This document shows, in pieces, positions 28,479 to 32,965 of a DNA stretch of 32,965 nucleotides. The position numbers and the translations under genes were made by a program. The notes beneath the pieces are model-generated. The model did no database searches. It saw only the letters and a list, made by a program, of their open reading frames with translations, and was not told where the DNA came from. Source of the stretch: Candidatus Omnitrophota bacterium (GTDB lineage Bacteria; Omnitrophota; Omnitrophia; Omnitrophales; Aquincolibacteriaceae); the NCBI GenBank assembly GCA_043803685.1, contig JAZDJU010000054.1:1-32965 (forward strand). Reading direction: 5' to 3'. Every line of letters starts with the position of its first letter. The stretch's first letter is position 1.

Positions 28479-29027
28479 TTACCTGATGTCTACTTTTTTT
28501 TCTTTTGCTAAAAGCATCGTTTTATCGCTCCACAACCCGAGCCCCTTCTCCCTCGCCTCTTTTTGCAAGCCAAGAAACAAGTCCTGATATTTAACGTTTG
28601 GAGGGTAAGTCATGACCTGGGCGTAACCCGCTTTCATTATCTCGGCATTGACGAATGTTCCGTCCTCCAAATAAACGTAAGCCAATAAACGCCCGTATTT
28701 ATCTCTCGGCCGGACATCCAACTCAAGCCTGACCTTCTTGCCTTGAACCAATCTCCGGGTGAACGCCGCCGCCTCTTTCCCCATCAGGATGATCTCATTT
28801 GCGTCCCGCCCGGTTCTCTTTGCGTCCTTGCGCAGTTTCGAGTTATTGGAGGATTCCGGAGTATCAACACCGATGAGACGGACTTTTTCTCCGCTGGAAA
28901 GCTGCAAAGTATCACCGTCCACGGCGCGGGTGACGGTCAAAGGATCATTTTTCGAAAATCCAACGAAGGGGCTGCTAATAAACATTACCGCCCCGAGGAT
29001 TAGTATTTTCAGTACCGGACATCTCAT
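28479..29027 (-). CDS. Thermonuclease (staphylococcal nuclease-like) with signal peptide
   Basis: VDGDT, VRLIGVDTPE, DKYGRLLAYV, A(RE)KGLGLW; hydrophobic N-terminus. Confidence 0.95.
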   Translation of the reverse strand: MRCPVLKILILGAVMFISSPFVGFSKNDPLTVTRAVDGDTLQLSSGEKVRLIGVDTPESSNNSKLRKDAKRTGRDANEIILMGKEAAAFTRRLVQGKKVRLELDVRPRDKYGRLLAYVYLEDGTFVNAEIMKAGYAQVMTYPPNVKYQDLFLGLQKEAREKGLGLWSDKTMLLAKEKKVDIR

Positions 29028-29031
29028 GGGC

Positions 29032-29298
29032 TCAGTCCTTGCTTCCGAACTTTCTCATCATCACCAAAAAATCCGAGTACGCATCAACATCTTTTAGTTG
29101 CTTCTTATACTTGGCCACTAGCTTTTGGAAGCGTCCATCCTTCAGCAGCCCCTCGCCCTCAAGGATCTCAAAAATCGCCATAAAGTAAGCACCCTGATTG
29201 ATCATAAGTTTTGAAAACTGCCGATCGAGCTCATTTACTTTCTTTTTTATCTTCTCGAGTTCCATGCCGCCCCCTTCCAATGAGTACTTACCGCTCAC
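29032..29298 (-). CDS. Hypothetical helical protein
   Basis: ORF overlaps the upstream stop (GTGA) and ends 4 bp before the nuclease; alternative start at ATG 29265 after GGGGGG. Confidence 0.6.
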   Translation of the reverse strand: MSGKYSLEGGGMELEKIKKKVNELDRQFSKLMINQGAYFMAIFEILEGEGLLKDGRFQKLVAKYKKQLKDVDAYSDFLVMMRKFGSKD

Positions 29299-29552
29299 CC
29301 TTCATCACACGCGCAACCGTCATACAAAACCTGGCCCGTATCCTTCGCGATAACAACAGCATGCCCGGAAGCTATGACGCCCTTTCTATCCGGCTGAAGC
29401 GAACAATAAACGCACCAGACATCATCGGGATTACGAGGAAAACTCCCATAGATAGCAAAATTAGACGGAATCCCGCGCGTAGCCCCGTACAATTCGAACT
29501 TAGCGCCATGAAGCTTTTCCGCGATCGCGACCGCTTCTTCCTTAGAAATCAT
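29295..29552 (-). CDS. Hypothetical protein, PepSY/immunity-like pattern
   Basis: RBS GAGG; ISKEEAVAIAE...VVIAKDTGQV pattern. Confidence 0.6.
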   Translation of the reverse strand: MISKEEAVAIAEKLHGAKFELYGATRGIPSNFAIYGSFPRNPDDVWCVYCSLQPDRKGVIASGHAVVIAKDTGQVLYDGCACDEG

Positions 29553-29627
29553 ATTTCCTCAATCGCACCTGCATAAATCTTTACGTTTCAAGATATGTTC
29601 CTCGTTAATTAGAGATCTTGTTAATTA

Positions 29628-29849
29628 TTAAGGCGTGCATTTCACTGATCGTTTTTTTTCAGCTAACCATACTTCAATCTCGTCAACTTTAAATTTTGTG
29701 AGTTTACCCAATTTGTAATGAGGTATCTTTCTGATGGCGCACCAATCATAAAGCGTATTTTTCGCTACCCCCAACATTAACGACAGCTCATCAATGTTGA
29801 TTAGTCGGCTCGAGTTATCAGCCCATGACTTTTTAATGTCGCGAATCAT
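29628..29849 (-). CDS. Excisionase-family HTH DNA-binding protein
   Basis: LINIDELSLMLGVAKNTLYDW...IPHYKLGKLTKF..DEIEVWL; RBS AAGGGAG. Confidence 0.85.
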   Translation of the reverse strand: MIRDIKKSWADNSSRLINIDELSLMLGVAKNTLYDWCAIRKIPHYKLGKLTKFKVDEIEVWLAEKKRSVKCTP

Positions 29850-29914
29850 GCCAATCGACTTAGCTCCCTTTCTTACGCATTGTGGTACGCGGTAACGTTC
29901 TTTTCTGAAAGCAC

Positions 29915-31009
29915 CTACATTTTTAAAAACATTCTTAAACTGGTAGCGACCTCGTATGCCAGTGGCACAGGAACGCCATTCCCTATCAGCTTGAATTTTT
30001 TAGTTAAAGAAAAATCTTCTGGCAAGACGTACTCATCAGGAACTCCTTGAATCCTCAAGGCTTCGCGTACCGACAAACGCCTTTTTTCCCAGGGGTGCAA
30101 ATGCACCTCGTTATTGCCATAACAAGCGGTAGGACTGAACCGATAACGATGCAACCTTTTGAAAGACTTCCGAGAGGTATCGCCTTCAAGGATAGAAAAA
30201 AACTTTTTCGAATAGGCCTTGAACGCTTCCTGACCGTTCACTATTTCCTGCGGAGGATTTTTGCTGCCAAAAATTGAATCTATCATTAACTCATAAGGAA
30301 TGTTTTCCGGCTTAAGAGGTTTCGCCCCAAAAAGATTAGTGTCTGGCCACTTATATTTCTTTTTCGCATCCGGAAACTTCAACTTATGCCATGGAAACCA
30401 GCCCCTCTCCTCCCTAGGCACCATTCTTCCGAGTTGTTTCCTCACGATGCCTCGTTTAACCCCTACAACAAACAACCTCTCCCGATCTTGCGGGCACCCA
30501 CACTCAAGCGCATTCAAGATTCTTATATCAATGTTGTAATCGGCTTCTTCAAATTCATGCTCTATTTCAAGCAAAAACTCTCGGTGGATTTTAGTTCTAT
30601 ACAGGCCTGGAACATTCTCGAAAACGAAAAAAGAGGGCTCGATTTCGCATATTTTTTTCGCATAGACCCAGGAGAGTTGACCATGATCCCCCGTCTTTCC
30701 CTTTTGCTTTCCTCCCACGCTAAAATCTGGACACGGAGGACCGCCTATCACACCAAACATCTGCTTCTTCCCGCACAGCACCTTGTTACGAATTTGTTCG
30801 CCGTCGACTCTTTTAATGCTTCCAATCTCTGATATCTCAATTAAGCTGCCGCCTCTCGATTTGCGCCAAGACGACATTCCATGCCTGTACAGTTCTGCAA
30901 AGTCTGGGTTTATTTCATTTGTCCACACAACATTGAATCCTGCTTTTTCGAACCCTATGTCCAAAAATCCGCCACCGGAGAAAAAAGATAATATTGGGAT
31001 GTGTTTCAT
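29915..31009 (-). CDS. DNA (cytosine-5) methyltransferase, DrmMII-like
   Basis: Motifs FSGGG (I), GGPPC (IV), ENV (VI), QDRERLF (VIII), RIQG (IX), GNGVP (X); ATAA/ATGA-type overlap with drmB. Confidence 0.95.
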   Translation of the reverse strand: MKHIPILSFFSGGGFLDIGFEKAGFNVVWTNEINPDFAELYRHGMSSWRKSRGGSLIEISEIGSIKRVDGEQIRNKVLCGKKQMFGVIGGPPCPDFSVGGKQKGKTGDHGQLSWVYAKKICEIEPSFFVFENVPGLYRTKIHREFLLEIEHEFEEADYNIDIRILNALECGCPQDRERLFVVGVKRGIVRKQLGRMVPREERGWFPWHKLKFPDAKKKYKWPDTNLFGAKPLKPENIPYELMIDSIFGSKNPPQEIVNGQEAFKAYSKKFFSILEGDTSRKSFKRLHRYRFSPTACYGNNEVHLHPWEKRRLSVREALRIQGVPDEYVLPEDFSLTKKFKLIGNGVPVPLAYEVATSLRMFLKM

Positions 31010-32925
31010 AAGATTTGTTGTTCATTAAAAAACCCGAGAGATTCGGCGCCAAAGCTCCCAATTAACATTGCGCGATCCAAAAACTTGTTAAACTCTTCAC
31101 AAGCCGTCTCAGGAACCAGGCAACAACCATGACATGCGGCTAAATTACATGAAAATGGGCCCTGTCCACCGGCTTCCCCCATCTCCATACAAACAGGATC
31201 CGATGAACACCATTTTGCGTCATTAAGGGCACGGACCACTACGTTTTCAAGATTATCAACTTCCCCCATTTTCACCAGCCCCCCCATGCTGCCCTCTGCA
31301 TCACCCGCTGCCGTATATATCAATAGTCCTGCCATTGGAACATCATGATTACTTGATACATATAATTTTTCTCTTAAAGAAGCGGTACTATACCCACTAT
31401 CAAAAGTGAGTCTATTAATCAAACAATGGCTAAAAGTGTGAATTAATACATATCTGGGCGAAATCGTCCTCGGGCGCCATCCCCTCTCATGTTGTAGCCG
31501 CGCGTACATTCTCGCCAAACCTTCTATTCGCGAAGCAACCAACGGCAGACTTTCCCATTGGCGCAGCACATCCTCTTTGAATCTAAAAAAAATACCTTCT
31601 CCAAACACTTTGTAACCAGGCAACCAATTATTCGCTTCATTCTCCGGATCCCGCCACAGCAATGACCGCTGCTGCTCTAACGTCTGCTCGTTTTCTGCAA
31701 AAATACGTGAGAATCCGGCGAGCACCCTCGTTTCTCGAAGTTTGTCTACGAGCATAATGCTTTCAAAGTACCGTTTCATTAAATCACCATAAAGATTAAC
31801 CTGCATTTTGCGTATCTTTAGAACCTCCTCATCCCTGGGATTACTAAGAACCTCATACTCACTCCTTCGAAAAGCAGTCTCTTCATCATCGTCAACGACA
31901 ATTGCAGCTTGCTGTTCCATCCTTTCGGGCTGGCGACTCGCATCGATTGCAGCTTTTAACTCTTCGTCCGAAAATGGATCTAAGGCCCCCATATTTGCTC
32001 TTTTAAGTGAGGGCACAATAACTTCCGTCTCCGCTCCACTGGTCAGCAATATGTTCAGAATTTCGGACAAAGGAGGCTTCTCTAATAGCGTCAACAATGT
32101 CTCAGACACACCTCTTCTTCTTGGCAAATAAATTGCCGATCTAATATGCGCAAAATAAACGTTAGATGCATTCCTCAATGAACCACGAAGGGGATGACTA
32201 CATGTCGAAATATCACTACCTCCTAGCCAGGGTCTCTTGCCCTGGCAAGGATACAGCCCCTCTTCCTCAAATAGATGCGCGCTTAGATAGGACCGCTCAT
32301 TACCATCATCATCAGCATTCGATTCCATGATGCGTCCAAGATTTCTATTTGCACCACATTCGCACCAAACAACCTGTGCAGCAAGAGATGTGCTTCCTGT
32401 GGCGACAAGCCTCAGACTCAGATTACACGCAGGATACGCACTCCTGTGAACCCATTCCCGCCACGGAAAGTCCTGAATATGGCCAGCTGAGCACATTGCG
32501 ACTATAGGGACTTGGACTAGGTATCCAGCGCGATTATTTTGCGCAGCGCAATGCCGACATCTCCCTTTTTCACGCTGATGTAGTGATATTTGTTCCAAAC
32601 GATTACAAGCTAGACAGAAATGCCACTGGGGGAATCTAAGAAAAGGTACCGTCAGATACTGATTTTTCCCTTTCTTGCCAAATCCTTTTCTCGTTCTAAA
32701 ATCTGGAGGGTTTCGGAAATGGTTTACACGCAGCAGTCTCTGTAAGCGCCATTCGTTTATTATGTACTCATTTCTATCAACAACCTCATCTTCATAATTT
32801 GGCTCGTGTTGATACCAGTGATCTAAACCCGCCGTAATTAGTGACGTCCCATCCTTAACAATCACCATTGCCCCCACGCCGAAGGGGGCAATAAGTTGAG
32901 CCCGCCTAATAGGTCCTTTTGTCAC
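31006..32925 (-). CDS. drmB: DISARM DrmB-like protein (DUF1998, MrfA-like Zn-binding)
   Basis: IRRAQLIAPFGVGA N-terminus, C..GHIQDFPW, GEGIF, HTFSH.LI, SLREKLY, GSMGGLV, CSSDP.C, LAACHGCCLVPETACE.FN.FLDR. Confidence 0.88.
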   Translation of the reverse strand: MTKGPIRRAQLIAPFGVGAMVIVKDGTSLITAGLDHWYQHEPNYEDEVVDRNEYIINEWRLQRLLRVNHFRNPPDFRTRKGFGKKGKNQYLTVPFLRFPQWHFCLACNRLEQISLHQREKGRCRHCAAQNNRAGYLVQVPIVAMCSAGHIQDFPWREWVHRSAYPACNLSLRLVATGSTSLAAQVVWCECGANRNLGRIMESNADDDGNERSYLSAHLFEEEGLYPCQGKRPWLGGSDISTCSHPLRGSLRNASNVYFAHIRSAIYLPRRRGVSETLLTLLEKPPLSEILNILLTSGAETEVIVPSLKRANMGALDPFSDEELKAAIDASRQPERMEQQAAIVVDDDEETAFRRSEYEVLSNPRDEEVLKIRKMQVNLYGDLMKRYFESIMLVDKLRETRVLAGFSRIFAENEQTLEQQRSLLWRDPENEANNWLPGYKVFGEGIFFRFKEDVLRQWESLPLVASRIEGLARMYARLQHERGWRPRTISPRYVLIHTFSHCLINRLTFDSGYSTASLREKLYVSSNHDVPMAGLLIYTAAGDAEGSMGGLVKMGEVDNLENVVVRALNDAKWCSSDPVCMEMGEAGGQGPFSCNLAACHGCCLVPETACEEFNKFLDRAMLIGSFGAESLGFFNEQQIL

Positions 32926-32965
32926 AACGCTTCCTCGATATTGTCAGTTAGATACAACTGTGAGA
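32922..32965 (-). CDS. 3' end of an upstream gene, possibly the DrmA helicase
   Basis: Frame ...SQLYLTDNIEEAL* is open to the window edge and its TGA overlaps the GTG start of drmB. Identity inferred only from DISARM gene order. Confidence 0.4.
   Translation of the reverse strand, partial: SQLYLTDNIEEAL

Larger units (their letters stand above)
26235..32965. mobile_element. Integrative element / defence island inserted in comEC (continues past the window edge)
   Basis: Serine integrase abutting truncated comEC, excisionase-like HTH genes, defence cargo, and visibly more AT-rich sequence than the core genes. Confidence 0.85.

Noticed and set aside
28479..29027. Thermonuclease as a replacement for DrmC in DISARM
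   Set aside because: It has a signal peptide and is separated from the drm operon by an HTH gene and intergenic gaps.

Overview
Bacterial chromosome segment, probably PVC superphylum (Omnitrophota-like; inferred from gene content and the bamD-lptE-holA/rpsT arrangement). Bases 1-~26230 are mostly core and envelope genes: a truncated outer-membrane beta-barrel, VanZ, two tandem TMTC-like GT-C/TPR glycosyltransferases, beta-carbonic anhydrase, an alpha-oxoamine synthase plus SDR, pckG, metH, uvrC, murJ, rpsT, holA, lptE, a very long BamD-like protein, an AT-richer radical SAM/GT9 pair, and the 3' part of comEC. A 409-bp MITE-like, highly self-complementary element lies between metH and uvrC. 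From ~26235 to the right edge is one end of an integrative element inserted into comEC. It carries a large serine recombinase, small HTH/excisionase-like genes, a signal-peptide thermonuclease, two unknown small proteins, and a DISARM class II-like pair (C5 methyltransferase + DrmB/DUF1998). The junction has three copies of an att-arm-like motif, which looks like an extra intact attP 90 bp inside the hybrid site. All calls come from motif recognition by eye; no searches were run.
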